Position numbers and translations under genes: made by a program
Shown here: one piece after another, positions 18,949 to 29,949 of the stretch
Layout: every line of letters begins with the position of its first letter
How positions within the stretch are numbered: position 1 is the stretch's first letter
Notes under the pieces: model-generated
Database searches by the model: none
The model's input: the letters and a program-made list of their open reading frames with translations, nothing else
What the model was told of the DNA's origin: nothing
Assembly (NCBI GenBank): GCA_965215335.1
Contig: CBDCDA010000001.1
Span: forward strand, 1,056,001 to 1,120,000
Source: an uncultured Candidatus Entotheonella sp.
GTDB taxonomy: Bacteria; Tectomicrobia; Entotheonellia; Entotheonellales; Entotheonellaceae
DNA: 64,000 nt
Direction: 5' to 3'

Positions 18949-19836
18949 ATGGCGGCCAACAAGCCCAACAACAAGTACCTGTTCCACAAGTTCGAGGCGG
19001 CCAACAATCGCGAGGGCAGCGCCGGGACGCAGGCGAATCGGGCCTCGCACCTGCACATCATGGCGCGTGAACTCTCGGAGATGGGATACCGGCATCTGTC
19101 GCCGGGCAATTTCAGGCGCAAGCATCTCGATGCCCTGGTGAGTCGCTGGCTGGAAAAGGGGTTGGCGGTCGTGACGATCAAGGGCCGCCTGTCCACGGTC
19201 CGCTGGCTGGCGGCCAGGATCGGCAAGCCGAACCTGGTGCCGCGTACCAATGCCGAGTTGGGCGTCCCGGAGCGTTCGCATGGCGCGAAGCAGTCGAAGG
19301 CTTTCAGGCTGACGCCGGAGCTATTGGAGCGGGTGCCGAGTCCACATGTGCGCCTCAGCCTGGCGTTGGAGGAGAAGTTCGGCATGCGGCGCGAGGAAGC
19401 CACGAAGATAAGGCCGCATGAGGCGGACAAGGGCGACAGGCTGGTCCTGCAAGGGTCCTGGTGCAAGGGAAGGCGCCGACGCGAGATTCCCATCCGCACG
19501 CCCGAGCAGCGCGACCTGGTGGAGCGGGCCAGGGAACTGGCCAGGACGACGCCCGAGGGCTCGCTCATTCCGACGGCGACGTACCACCAGCATATCCGGG
19601 TCTACGAACGGCAGACGTACAAGGCCGGGATACGCAGCCCGCACGGGTTGCGGCATGCCTATGCACAGGCGCGTTATGAGGAACTGACCGGCTGGGCGTG
19701 TCCGGTAGCGGGCGGGCCGTCGGCCCGCGACCTGACGGCGGCAGAGAAAGCCCTGGACGAGCGGGTGCGGCGTGTCATCAGCGCGGAGATGGGGCACGGG
19801 CGGGAGCAGATCACGGTGGTGTACCTGGGCAGGTGA
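18949..19836 (+). CDS. Tyrosine recombinase (Integrase_1-like)
   Basis: GGAGG RBS; catalytic set FGMRREEA (R), GSWCKG (K), HGLRH, MGHGR and terminal VYLG (Y) all present. Confidence 0.9.
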   Translation: MAANKPNNKYLFHKFEAANNREGSAGTQANRASHLHIMARELSEMGYRHLSPGNFRRKHLDALVSRWLEKGLAVVTIKGRLSTVRWLAARIGKPNLVPRTNAELGVPERSHGAKQSKAFRLTPELLERVPSPHVRLSLALEEKFGMRREEATKIRPHEADKGDRLVLQGSWCKGRRRREIPIRTPEQRDLVERARELARTTPEGSLIPTATYHQHIRVYERQTYKAGIRSPHGLRHAYAQARYEELTGWACPVAGGPSARDLTAAEKALDERVRRVISAEMGHGREQITVVYLGR

Positions 19837-20068
19837 GGGCGCTTCGGGCTCGGGACTTGCCCTTGCGCGACCGTCGCCGGTGCTTGAAGAACAGCCAGGG
19901 CAGCCATATGGTGCAGCAGAACCACAACCAGGCTCGCAGTCGCAAACGGCCCCAGAACAGTTTCACGTCGGCAAGGCATCCCTGATGGTCGAGTGGCCGC
20001 GGCTTCCGACAGCCGCCACGCCCTTCGACGTCACCCACCGGTATTCCCTCGCTGCACGTTCGTACAAC

Positions 20069-20584
20069 TCATTCGACGGCCATCCTCAAGCTCGCCTGAC
20101 CGTGATCCCGAATCCATCGAGGCAGGGACTCAATCGGGAGCATATCCTCAAGTCTCTTGGTCAGCTTGTGAGTCGTGCCTTGCCCCTCCGCCATCCGCAC
20201 CAGACGGCCTGCAACCCCTTCGGAGAGTTCGCCCTTCCGCCAGGCGTTGAAAACGATCTCTTGTGGACAGATGCCCACACAGAGCAAATACCGAAAGGAA
20301 CGGTCCAGCCTGACGTGATTGAACTGGAACGTCCCATTGGCGCCCAGCGAGGCGGTTTTCACCTCTTACCGCTGTCCGGCAATTGTCATGTCAGTCCGAC
20401 TGGTTCAGCCCCCATTGCTCACCGTCATGTCGTGCGCTTGGAGGTAACGCCGGATGAACTCCTCCCCTATCTCTCCCCGGTTCGTATTGCCCAGACGTCT
20501 GTAGCCTTCCAACGGAGACCCATCCCAGATGCTTTTGGGAGTGTTTTCACGAATGACGTCCGCCATCAGAGCTATCGGGTTCAT
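20069..20584 (-). pseudogene. PD-(D/E)xK restriction endonuclease with two in-frame stops
   Basis: One frame: MNPIALM...RGEIGEEF...SNGG*TSRTDMTIAGQR*EVKTASLG...FQFNHVRLDR; ATGA overlap with the MTase stop. Confidence 0.75.
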
Positions 20585-21312
20585 TCTGGTGATTCCCACA
20601 AGCTTTTGCTGCTGCCTTGCTTCCAGAACACCAGAAAGTAGGAATGATTTTTCCGAGCATGAACCTGCCGCATGGTCCGACTGACACCCGGCTTGTTGTT
20701 CCTCACGACAACGAAAAGGTCTTCGGCCACAAACCCCATGTCCGCGTAATCCTGCATGATCTCGACATGGGTGAAGCGCTGCCGGTTGGAGCACACTTCG
20801 TCCTGGCATTTCACGATCAGGACGCCCCGCTCGCGAAGTACTCTGCATGCCTCGATCCCTGCGTCGTGGTAAAGGTCCAGGACGGCTTCGTGATATTTGC
20901 TCTCAGTACGGTTACCCGATCCGTTGTTCCGGTAGTGATCCTCAAACGGTGGGTGCGATTGATAAGCAGTGCCTCCGGGTGAGTGCATGTAGGGAGGATC
21001 AAGAACCACACAATCAATCTCTCCATCGCCATAGGGAAGGTTGCGGCAGTCGATGCCATCGAGAATGTCAGTCGGCCGCAAGTCATACCGATCCTGGGGT
21101 ATGTGCCTCCAGAATACCCCCTTGCCGTAAGTGACGTCGGCGACAATGCTTCCGTCTTTCACGTACAGACCCAGAATGCGCGGAAACGCGCGGTCGTTGC
21201 CCTCCACAAAAGCGCTCAGGACCAGATCGTTCGTGGCGCTGCCATTGCGAGCAACGCGCTTGCGTATGGCCTGGGAGAGTTCCATCCTGTTGGTGTGGGC
21301 CTGTTCGCGCAT
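20581..21312 (-). CDS. Amino (N4C/N6A) DNA methyltransferase
   Basis: ADVTYGKGVFW (SAM-binding-like), VLDPPY, RVLRERGVLIVKCQD. Confidence 0.85.
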   Translation of the reverse strand: MREQAHTNRMELSQAIRKRVARNGSATNDLVLSAFVEGNDRAFPRILGLYVKDGSIVADVTYGKGVFWRHIPQDRYDLRPTDILDGIDCRNLPYGDGEIDCVVLDPPYMHSPGGTAYQSHPPFEDHYRNNGSGNRTESKYHEAVLDLYHDAGIEACRVLRERGVLIVKCQDEVCSNRQRFTHVEIMQDYADMGFVAEDLFVVVRNNKPGVSRTMRQVHARKNHSYFLVFWKQGSSKSLWESPE

Positions 21313-21543
21313 ATTCCCAAAACAAGATCAGGTTGCCCGACGTTGCGAGACGTGACACCTACGATGCTGATGTGGAAGGCGAGCAATTTTATCGGGTTGA
21401 GCGTTGTGTATAATGGACATAATCCAGGGCTTCGGCTCCGTTTGTCATGGCCGAGACGCCTGGATGGTGTTTCCCCGACTACCTGACAAACAGGGATCGG
21501 GGCTGTCTTGGGGTTGGAAAGGATGGGTCATGGAAACCCAGGG

Positions 21544-22842
21544 TAAGGAATTTGTCGCAAATTAGTTTTTCATGTTTTGAGTTTTGTGTTTCAATTGTTC
21601 CATGAGGCGCGATCACGAACTCGAAGCCACCATTGTTGAGAAGTACGCGGCGATCGAAGCGTTTCTTGATGAGCGTGGGCGTCGTATCTGGGCAGCCACG
21701 GAGTCGCGTGCCATCGGCTATGGAGGAGATGCCCTGGTGTCGGATGCGACAGGATTGTCGCGCCCGACCATTCGGGCGGGACGCCGAGAGCTGGCAGGTG
21801 GTGGCACTGAGTTTGGCCGGGTGCGCCGACCGGGCGCTGGACGACCGGGCATCGAGCAGTCTCAGCCGGGCATCAAGCAAGCGCTGGAGCAGTTGGTTGA
21901 TCCGTTGACTCGCGGCGACCCGCAGTCGCCGTTGAGGTGGACGTGCAAGAGCAAAGCGAAGCTCACCGTGGCGCTGTCGAAGGCTGGCTGGAAGGTCAGT
22001 TCGACGACGGTGGGCCGTTTACTGCATGAGCTCGGCTATCGCCTGCAATCGGTGCGCAAGAGTCGAGAAGGGGCGTCGCACCCCGATCGCAACGCACAGT
22101 TCGAACATATCAATTCAAAGGCAGATGAGTTTTTGCAACGCGCTCAGCCGGTGGTATCGGTCGACACCAAGAAGAAGGAGTTGGTGGGTGATTTCAAGAA
22201 CGCTGGCCGGGAGTGGCAACCGAAGGGGCAGCCCGAGCAATCACGGGTTCACGACTTTCCTCAGGACGCGACGGGCAAGACCATTCCCTATGGCATCTAT
22301 GATATGGGAGGCAACGAAGCATGGGTCAGTGTTGGGTGTGACCACGACACGTCGGCGTTCGCGGTGGCCTCGCTGCGGCGGTGGTGGGACGAGATGGGCA
22401 AGCGTCGCTACTCCGAGGCTCGTGAGCTATTCATCACTGCCGATGCGGGCGGTAGCAACGGGTATCGCTGTCGCGCCTGGAAGCACGGACTGCAACAGTT
22501 TGCCGACGAGACGGGTGTGCGCATCCACGTCAGCCACTTCCCGCCCGGTACCAGCAAATGGAACAAGATCGAGCATCGTCTGTTCTGCCACATCACGCAG
22601 AATTGGCGAGGCAAGCCGTTGCGGACCTTTGAGACCATAGTCGATTTGATCGGCAATACGCGTACCAACGCAGGTCTTCGGGTCAGAGCCGAACTTGACG
22701 CAAGAACATACCCGACCGCAGTGGTGACGACGAACGCCGAGATGGACGCCCTGTCGCTCCATCGCAACGTGTTCCACGGCGACTGGAACTATGAGTTACA
22801 CCCACGATGAAGTTGGAAACCTAAATTGGATCAAATTCCTTA
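21544..22842 (+). mobile_element. ISAzo13-family insertion sequence, intact transposase 21602-22810
   Basis: LDERGRRIWAA, RGDPQSPLRWTCKS, VSVDTKKKELVG, PPGTSKWNKIEHRLF, HGDWNY; imperfect IRs TAAGGAATTTGTCGCAAATTAG / CTAAATTGGATCAAATTCCTTA. Confidence 0.93.
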
Positions 22843-22858
22843 GGCTTTCATCGAAAAG

Positions 22859-23149
22859 ATGAAAGATCTGAATCCCGTTTTCGCGCTGGTTAGTGCGGTT
22901 GGTGTGGTCGTCATTATTATGACGACGAATCAAGCCAACCTCAACAAGCGGCTGGAAGCCATTCAGGCCGAGAACAGCCGTCGGTTCGATGCCATGCAGG
23001 CCGAGAACAATCGTCGGTTCGATGCTATCGACCGGCGATTTGATCGGGTCGAAGAACGATTCGATCAGCTGTTCGAGGTCTTGCGATTCTTCGAGTCGAG
23101 AATTACCCGTCTCGAGGAGCGGGCTGGCATCGGTACTGATAACCAGTAG
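22859..23149 (+). CDS. Small coiled-coil protein with N-terminal TM and 11-aa repeats
   Basis: PVFALVSAVGVVVIIM then AIQAENSRRFD/AMQAENNRRFD...RITRLEER. Confidence 0.7.
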   Translation: MKDLNPVFALVSAVGVVVIIMTTNQANLNKRLEAIQAENSRRFDAMQAENNRRFDAIDRRFDRVEERFDQLFEVLRFFESRITRLEERAGIGTDNQ

Positions 23150-23597
23150 TTCCATCAGGCGGTTCGGTTTCTCTTCGGGGCAAGCTGGATCGCCTTGTCT
23201 TTTCCTGGAAAGTGCCTTGCAGGAATCGGCTTCTTGGGAGCGGGTCTACCCGGATGGGGGGGGCATCTGTCGGCAACCAATGTGGGGCCAGGACATCGGC
23301 CAGGGTGTCACCCGGCGACTTCACTCATGAGGTTGTCTCTTCATGCAGGTGTAACCAGATCGACAGATTGAAGTCGCCGTGTTTCTGGAATTGGCTGATG
23401 GCGTTGTGCAGTGCCCAGGGGCTGACCTCCTTGGGTGTGATGCCCTCGTAGGCGTACGTCATCGGGTCCGAAGAGGGTTTATTGCCTGCCGGTGAGCGCC
23501 CGATCGCCTGGCTGAGGGGGGGCTTTGGGGACCGGCCCCTTCCCTCATTGCCGGAACGGACCGGTTATTTGCAACAGACGGTACGATATCTGCACAC

Positions 23598-25247
23598 TCA
23601 AGGCCGATATACATCAATGCCCACGGTGGCAGGGCTGGGGCCACTCGGCATCACCAGCGTCTTGGCGCGGTCGGCGCCGATGACCAGAACGTAGTAACGC
23701 TCGGCGCTTTCGAGCACGGGCATGGTCATGCCCAGGCGCTCCGGCTCGCTGTGGTTCAGCAGCCACTTCCAATTGGCGGCGACGCGCGCTTCGCCCGCCA
23801 AGGGCATGTACTGGATCATCTTGCCCAGGCTGGCGTTGGCGTTGAGATGGATGAACTCCTTGGCACCACGCTTGCTGAAACCCTGCGTCCCCACTGGGCG
23901 GGCGACGTCGGGCGGCATGAAAATGAGCCGTTCCGCCTCGTGCCGCTCGCCGAGGCTGCGGGTACCGAAGGTGCAGCCGTAGGCAATGGTCTTGAGCAGT
24001 CCCTCGGCGCTGGTATTGCCCTGATCCTGCACGTCCATCTCGCCATCGGTGACGAAGATGCTGATGGCGCTCTCGTCGCGCCCGAAACCCCGGTCGACGT
24101 GGAACGGCTCCCACGGGCTCATGGCCTCGTTCTCGGCCAGGCAGTGCACGAACTTGCGCGTCGTGCCGATGGTATCCATGTCCATGTGGCCGGGATACCA
24201 CTGGCCGATGTTGCGCAGGCAAAGGGAGAAGGCCCGTCCGATGGTGATGTTGACCCGGTTGTCGCGCCCCGGTCCCAGCCCGGATCTTGGATTGAGGCCG
24301 ATCTCCCGGGCGATGGGGCCATTCACCACCAAAACCGGCGCGTGCGGCGAGGTCGACATCAGCAGCGACTTGCCGCCGTGCGGGCCGAGTTCCGACAACG
24401 CCTTGACAGCAGCGATGATCACCGGCATGTGTTCCGGCAAGGCGCCGGCCATGGCCGCGTTGATGGTGATCTTCTCCACCGTGGCGAGCCCGAAGCCGGG
24501 CGGCATGTCGCACACCAGGTGGTCCGGCGGCAGACACGTGCCTTCCAAGAGCGCCTCGACCGCCTGGCGAGTGGCCGGGTAGAGCGGCAGGCTATCGCCC
24601 CAGTCGCGGATCAGGAAATCCTCGTTCATGCGCAAAACCGCGGCGTAGCGGTCATCGGCGTCGTATGAATAGCGCCGCTCGGGGTCGTGGACGGCGGCGC
24701 CGTTGTCGGCCTTTTGCCCACCGTTCACGAGGGCATGGACGAGGTTGTCGATAGCCAACTCCGTTTGCTTGACGCATTCATCCAGGGCGAGGTTGCGATA
24801 GATGCGGGGCACGGTGACGAATTTCAGGTCCGGCATGGCAAAGGTACGGGCGCTGGCGACGGCGTCTTTCTCAAAACGTCCCGAGACGATAGGGACGGCA
24901 GGCTTGCCCATCTTCTCGATCTCGATCATGTCGTGGCACATCCACGATGCGCACGTCCCTCAATCGGCGGTGGCGCCAACGACCACGTCGCACTCCTCGG
25001 CAGCCTGTTTGACGATGGGCGGCGGGGCGGGGTAGTTGCCGCCGGTGTAGAAATGGACGGTGACGTCGCTGAACATCTCCTGAATCAGCTCACCCACGCG
25101 CCTCAGCGCCACGTCGCCGCCGTGCGTGCCGCTCCACAGCAGCCCTACCGTCTTGTGGTCCAGGCTGGCGGGCCGCGGGTTGACCGGCCTGATGGTCAAC
25201 GCACCCCTCTGCTGGGCAACGGGATTCAAGACTTGCAAGGTATACAT
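23598..25247 (-). CDS. UGSC-family selenoprotein, about 549 aa, UGA at 24962-24960 read as Sec
   Basis: ORFs 24960-25247 and 23598-24941 are in one frame, joined by GAT TGA GGG ACG TGC = D-U-G-T-C. AGGAG RBS before 25247; downstream ATVEKITINAAMAG, NITIGRA, CLAENE. Confidence 0.8.
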
Positions 25248-25480
25248 GTTCGTTCTCCTGGATTGCCGGCTACCCATTGGGTAGTGGCTGTCAAGGTTTC
25301 CTTTGCCTTGGTAGGGGGGCTATCCTACGCTCGCCGGTGCGGGCAATCAAATGGCGGCTCGACAGGGTAGACGGCGGCCATGCGGCTGCTTTACAATGCC
25401 ACCCCAATCCCCGACCGAACAGGTCCATCCAGACACCCCGGACGGCCCGCGCCGCCGGCACCATCGCCGAGGAAATTGCC

Positions 25481-26566
25481 GTGTCCGTCACACACGTTGA
25501 AACATCTCTCTACCGTCTTCCCCTGCCGTTCGTCATGCAGGATTCCATGCACGGCAAAATGACCCACTCCGAGTTCGTCGTCGTGCGTCTGCGAGACGAC
25601 GACGGTGTGGAAGGCGTCGGCTACACCTACGCGCTCAACAGCGGCCGGGGCATTGCCGCCCTCATCGAAGGTGAGCTGGGCCCCTTCCTGCAGGGCCGCG
25701 AGGCCGATTTGATCGAGGCGCTCTGGAAAGACATGTGGTGGCACGTGCACTACGCCGGACGTGGCGGTCCGGCGAGTTTCGCTATTTCGGCCATCGACAT
25801 CGCCCTGTGGGACCTGAAGGCCCGCAAGCTCGGCGTTCCCCTCTGGCGTTTGCTCGGCGGCCATGATCCGGACGTGCACGCCTATGCCGGCAGCATCAAT
25901 TTCAATTTCTCCATTCCCGAATTGATCGAGCAGAATCAGCAGTTGGTGGACAGCGGCTTGCACGCCGTGAAGATGCGGGTAGGCAAGGATACGCTGCGCG
26001 AGGACATCGAGCGGGTCGGGGCAGTGCGCAAGGAAATCGGGCCGGACGTTCACCTGATGGTCGACGCCAACATGAAGTGGTCTGTCGAGGAGGCTATTCG
26101 CCGTTCCCGGGCGCTGGCGGAGCACGACGTCTATTGGCTGGAAGAGCCCACCATCCCCGACGATGTCGCGGGACACGCCCGCATCGTGGCCGAGGGCCTG
26201 ACGCCTGTAGCCGCCGGCGAGAACTTGCACACGATTTACGAGTTCCAGAAGTTCATGGCCGCCAACGCCGTGTCGTTCGTCGAGCCCGACGTGACCAACT
26301 GCGGCGGCATCACCCCGTGGATGAAGGTCGCGCACATGGCCGAAGCCCACAACCTGCCCATCACCTCCCACGGTGTCCACGACTTGCACGTTCACCTGCT
26401 TGCCGCCATTCCCAACGCCAACTACCTCGAAATCCACGGTTTCGGCGTGGAGCCCTACGTGGAAGTGCCGCTGCCCCTCGTCAAGGGCACGGCCCGCGCC
26501 CCGGAACGACCCGGCCACGGCGTCGATTTCATCTGGGACAAACTGGAGCCGCACCGGCGCGGTTGA
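25481..26566 (+). CDS. Mandelate racemase/muconate lactonizing (enolase superfamily) enzyme
   Basis: SAIDIALWDLKAR, VKMRVG, LMVDAN, WLEEP, AAGEN, HLHV. Confidence 0.92.
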   Translation: MSVTHVETSLYRLPLPFVMQDSMHGKMTHSEFVVVRLRDDDGVEGVGYTYALNSGRGIAALIEGELGPFLQGREADLIEALWKDMWWHVHYAGRGGPASFAISAIDIALWDLKARKLGVPLWRLLGGHDPDVHAYAGSINFNFSIPELIEQNQQLVDSGLHAVKMRVGKDTLREDIERVGAVRKEIGPDVHLMVDANMKWSVEEAIRRSRALAEHDVYWLEEPTIPDDVAGHARIVAEGLTPVAAGENLHTIYEFQKFMAANAVSFVEPDVTNCGGITPWMKVAHMAEAHNLPITSHGVHDLHVHLLAAIPNANYLEIHGFGVEPYVEVPLPLVKGTARAPERPGHGVDFIWDKLEPHRRG

Positions 26567-26597
26567 GCGTGTGGAATACCGAGTCCGGTACCGGTCA

Positions 26598-27803
26598 TCA
26601 GCCGGCCACTACTTCGCGCAGCTTCTCGCGTACGTGCGAAATGCCCGAACTACGCAGAAAGTGGCACGGCTTGTCCAGCGAGCGGCACAGCTTCTTGGCA
26701 GCACTCGCCGTACCGTGACTGACGCAGTCCACCGGACAAAACACCACGTCCGCCTGCCGGATGATGCGCGCCAGCTTCTTGTGACCCTGGCTGGTACTGC
26801 CCTCGTACCGCATGCACTGACCGCCGAGGTCGCTGATGGTCTGCTCGTAATGGCCCGACGCCTTGGTGAGGCCGCCGATCAGCGCCACCCGCTTGCCGCG
26901 CAGGTCGAAGACCGGCCACTCGGGCAGCAGCGCTTCGCCGGAGGAAGCGTCCTCGTCGGCAGGGTCGTCGTCCGGTGGGGGCGTGGGTTCGTATGACGCC
27001 ACCAGGGCTGCAAGGTGAGTCGCTTCCATTTCCTTTTCGTGCAGAGCGCCGCTCAGCCGGGTGACTTCATACTGCAACTTTCTGACCTCACGCAGCGTGA
27101 CGCCTTGAGACGCCTGGGCGGCCTGGCTGCGGCACCGCTTCTCCAACACCGCGCAGTGCTGTCTCGTATCGTCCAGGTCGCCTTGCAAGCGCGCGTTGTC
27201 CTGCTTCATCCGGGTGTTGGCGCGCTGCAGGTTCTGCACATCCTGCCACAGGTCATCCCGTTCCGTTTCGAGTTGTTTCAGTATTTGCTCCAGGTCATCA
27301 CCTTCCGCACTCGCGGCTGCCGAGCCGGTAGCTGGCGGGGTTTCACCGCGGAACTGGGCAAGCAGCAGGCAGTGGCTGCGCAGGTGCAACTCCTCGATGA
27401 AGAACTGCTCGATCGGTCGTATTTCCTGTCGCGGGTCGCTGCACACGGCCCACATCATGCCCGGCAGCAGACTCGCTGACGGCGCCTGCTGCTGGGCGAG
27501 CACCGCTGTCACCCTGGCGCGCACGTCCGGCGGTGGCAGTTGGGCAATCTGTGAGATGATCCCCTCGTACTTGCGGCTGAGGTGGCGCTGCACCTGCCTG
27601 GAAAACGGCGAATCCCGGTGCCCATGCTCGTGCGCCAGATGGTAAAGGGCGAGGTCGCTGTGGTTGGCGTCGGGCAGGGGATACTGGAAGCGGCGGCAGA
27701 GCTTGGCGATGAAGTCGGGTGTCAGAGAGGCCGCGAAGTTCTGGAACAGGGTCTCGCAGGACATGGTCCACAATTTGCGCCGGTTGAGGGCAGAGCTTGA
27801 CAT
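26598..27803 (-). CDS. DUF2325 domain-containing protein
   Basis: RRKLW N-terminus, central coiled coil, C-terminal ADVVFCPVDCVSHG...KKLCR...KPCHFLRSSG. Confidence 0.85.
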   Translation of the reverse strand: MSSSALNRRKLWTMSCETLFQNFAASLTPDFIAKLCRRFQYPLPDANHSDLALYHLAHEHGHRDSPFSRQVQRHLSRKYEGIISQIAQLPPPDVRARVTAVLAQQQAPSASLLPGMMWAVCSDPRQEIRPIEQFFIEELHLRSHCLLLAQFRGETPPATGSAAASAEGDDLEQILKQLETERDDLWQDVQNLQRANTRMKQDNARLQGDLDDTRQHCAVLEKRCRSQAAQASQGVTLREVRKLQYEVTRLSGALHEKEMEATHLAALVASYEPTPPPDDDPADEDASSGEALLPEWPVFDLRGKRVALIGGLTKASGHYEQTISDLGGQCMRYEGSTSQGHKKLARIIRQADVVFCPVDCVSHGTASAAKKLCRSLDKPCHFLRSSGISHVREKLREVVAG

Positions 27804-27846
27804 GAGAGGAGACTCCCCGATTTGGACCGCGTGCCGTGAGTTAAAT

Positions 27847-27865
27847 AAAAATGAAAATCATTATC
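27847..27865. promoter_or_regulatory. Fur-like box
   Basis: AAAAATGAAAATCATTATC, 16/19 to GATAATGATAATCATTATC, upstream of DUF2325. Confidence 0.75.
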
Positions 27866-28028
27866 AATATGATACATATCAAATCCAGCTATGCAAACCC
27901 TCTTGAAAGTTGCATGACGGGCGGCACAGGATGGATGAGGAACCAGGGGAAAGAGCAGTGTGCAACCAAGGGGGCGGGTAGCCCTTGCCCAAGGCCAGGA
28001 GCCGCAACGCCCGGTTTTCGGCAAGCAG

Positions 28029-28540
28029 CTACCCTTTGCCGTCCACCGGGGAGACTTCGACCCCGTCCGGGTGGCCCGGACGCTTGCCGGCAGCGAGATC
28101 ATCGAGGGCGCCTGCCGGAATCATCCAGACGACGCCTTTATTCTCGAAGGGCGGCTCGAACTGGTCGCCGGCCAGCGCCGTATCGGCGACAAAGAGATTG
28201 CCGCTGGCATCGAAAGCCAAGGGCATTGGAAATGAGGACGGGAATGCCGTTGATCTCCTCGAAGAGCGACCCGTGCCCATGTCAATCTCGCCGAGTGTCT
28301 GACCATCGGGGGTGAAGGCCAGGAGCTTCGAACGCATCCGGTTGCGGTCCGTGATCACCTGCCCATCGGCATCCCGCATCGGGGCATGCGGCAGGCAGGC
28401 AAAGATCGTTCCGGCGGGGAACGTCGTCGCATCCACCGGCAGGACGCCCATCCCCAAGCCCCCGGTCAGGCTGGTGACGAGCTTGTCATCTACCATCGTC
28501 AACTCGCCCGATGCCTGCACTTCGAGCTCGCTGATGAAGG
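28029..28540 (-). pseudogene. Beta-propeller (SMP-30/NHL-like) gene remnant; duplicated at ~34398-34909
   Basis: LLAFTPDG, LAFDASGNLFVADT, PDGVEVSPVDG; no credible start. Confidence 0.45.
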
Positions 28541-28653
28541 CAAGGCAGGGGTCGCTGTGGCGACCCCCTGCCCGGGTGTGCCTGCACGCCGGGAGGAGGG
28601 GCGCGTCAGGCACGTTGATCGATGAGCAGGATGGGGACGCCCGCTCTCGGCCA

Positions 28654-29444
28654 TTACCACGTCCGGAGGTAGGAAATCGTTGCCTTGGGGTTGATGCCGG
28701 CCTCGGGTATGGACGCCAGGTGGCGCCGATACGCCTTGTCGGTCAGGTTGTCGACGCCCACGTCGACCCGGAAGCCTTGCAGTGGGCCGGCGTGCGGCTG
28801 CCAGCTTGCAAAGAGGTCATACACGCTGTAGCCGGGCGTCTTCTCGGGTCCCCCTCGCTCATTCTCCGGAACCCTGTCCTGGTTATCGACAATCTGCACC
28901 CGACCGCCCACCGTGAGGTCCCAGGGGAGGTGGGTGTAGCTCAAGCCAATAACACCCCTCCGCGGTTGAATATCTCCCAGCGGCGCGTCGTCTGCACCGT
29001 CCTCTCCCGTGACGTCGTCTCCTTTGACGTCCGTGTAGTTGGCCCACACGTCGAATCCCGTCATGAAGACCCAGCGCAACTCGGCTTCGATCCCCTGGAT
29101 GAGGGCTTTCTGTACATTGACGTACTGGATTGTCGTCTGAGGCGGGGCAGGCATTTGACCAGGTATGGGGGGAGCGAAGCTCACCCTCACGTCAGCGTCG
29201 ATGAAATCATCAATCTGGTTTCGGAACCAGGCGAGCTTGAAAAGAAATCGGTCATGGTCCGACAGCACACCCTCGCCGCGCAGGCGGAGACCCACGTCGA
29301 CATTGCGGCTCTTTTCCGGCTTCAGATCGGGATTCGGCAGAAATTCAGCTACGAGGCCGGCGGTGTGGCTACCGCTAATGTATAGCTCCCCGAATGCGGG
29401 GGCCCGGAATCCCTCGGCATAATTGGCTTCCAGATACAGGAAAT
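28654..29444 (-). pseudogene. Duplicated 3' fragment of the TonB-dependent heme receptor
   Basis: Same sequence as the C-terminal part of 35023-37203. Confidence 0.9.
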
Positions 29445-29814
29445 CCAGCCTCCCCGAATCTTCCCCTAATTTCCGCTCATTTCCCTTGATTTCCATCCAT
29501 TAGGTGGGTAGTGCCGACTTTCGGTGGAAATCTCGACCCTTGGAACACGGACAATTTAGCGGACAGTCTCGCCTCGTCAAGGAAGGAGAAGTAAAGCAAG
29601 CGAGGCGGGTGATGAGGAGCATAAGTAGAACTGCCCCCATTTGGCCGACAAATGGGGGCAGCAAATCTGTCACTCCAAAAGCAGTATCCCCAACCAGCTG
29701 CAACTGGGAGAGGCAATCGTCTCAAAGGGGAGATACTCCCTAGCCATGGAGCAACTCCAGTGCAGCCATCTTACCACGAGGGACCACACAACACCAATCA
29801 AAAACACCAGGCTC

Positions 29815-29949
29815 CAGGGTAAGCGCATATGGCGTTATCCGGGGCCAGCCAGCTTGCGTCAAGCCTCTACGCCTCGACGGAATACCAAGGGGTAATTCGA
29901 GAAATTGCTGGAACCCGACGAATGGCAATCCTCATATGCGCTTACCCTG
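29815..29949. mobile_element. 135-bp MITE / internally deleted IS
   Basis: Perfect 17-bp IR CAGGGTAAGCGCATATG / CATATGCGCTTACCCTG; 10-bp direct repeat CACCAGGCTC at 29805-14 and 29950-59. Confidence 0.88.

Larger units (their letters stand above)
27995..29444. repeat. 1450-bp direct repeat, copy 1
   Basis: Matches 34364-35813 (offset 6369); ORF translations inside both copies are identical. Confidence 0.95.

Noticed and set aside
15928..19836. Canonical integron, shufflon or DGR
   Set aside because: No RYYYAAC...GTTRRRY attC pattern, the cassettes are paralogues in direct orientation, the recombinase lacks evident IntI features, and there is no reverse transcriptase.
20363..20407. Selenocysteine or readthrough at the nuclease TGA
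   Set aside because: A TAA follows in the same frame and there is no Cys-type motif; a pseudogene is simpler.
23325..23460. Minus-strand gene tail (YEGITPKEVSPWALHNAISQF...)
   Set aside because: Too short to assign; no start or recognisable family.
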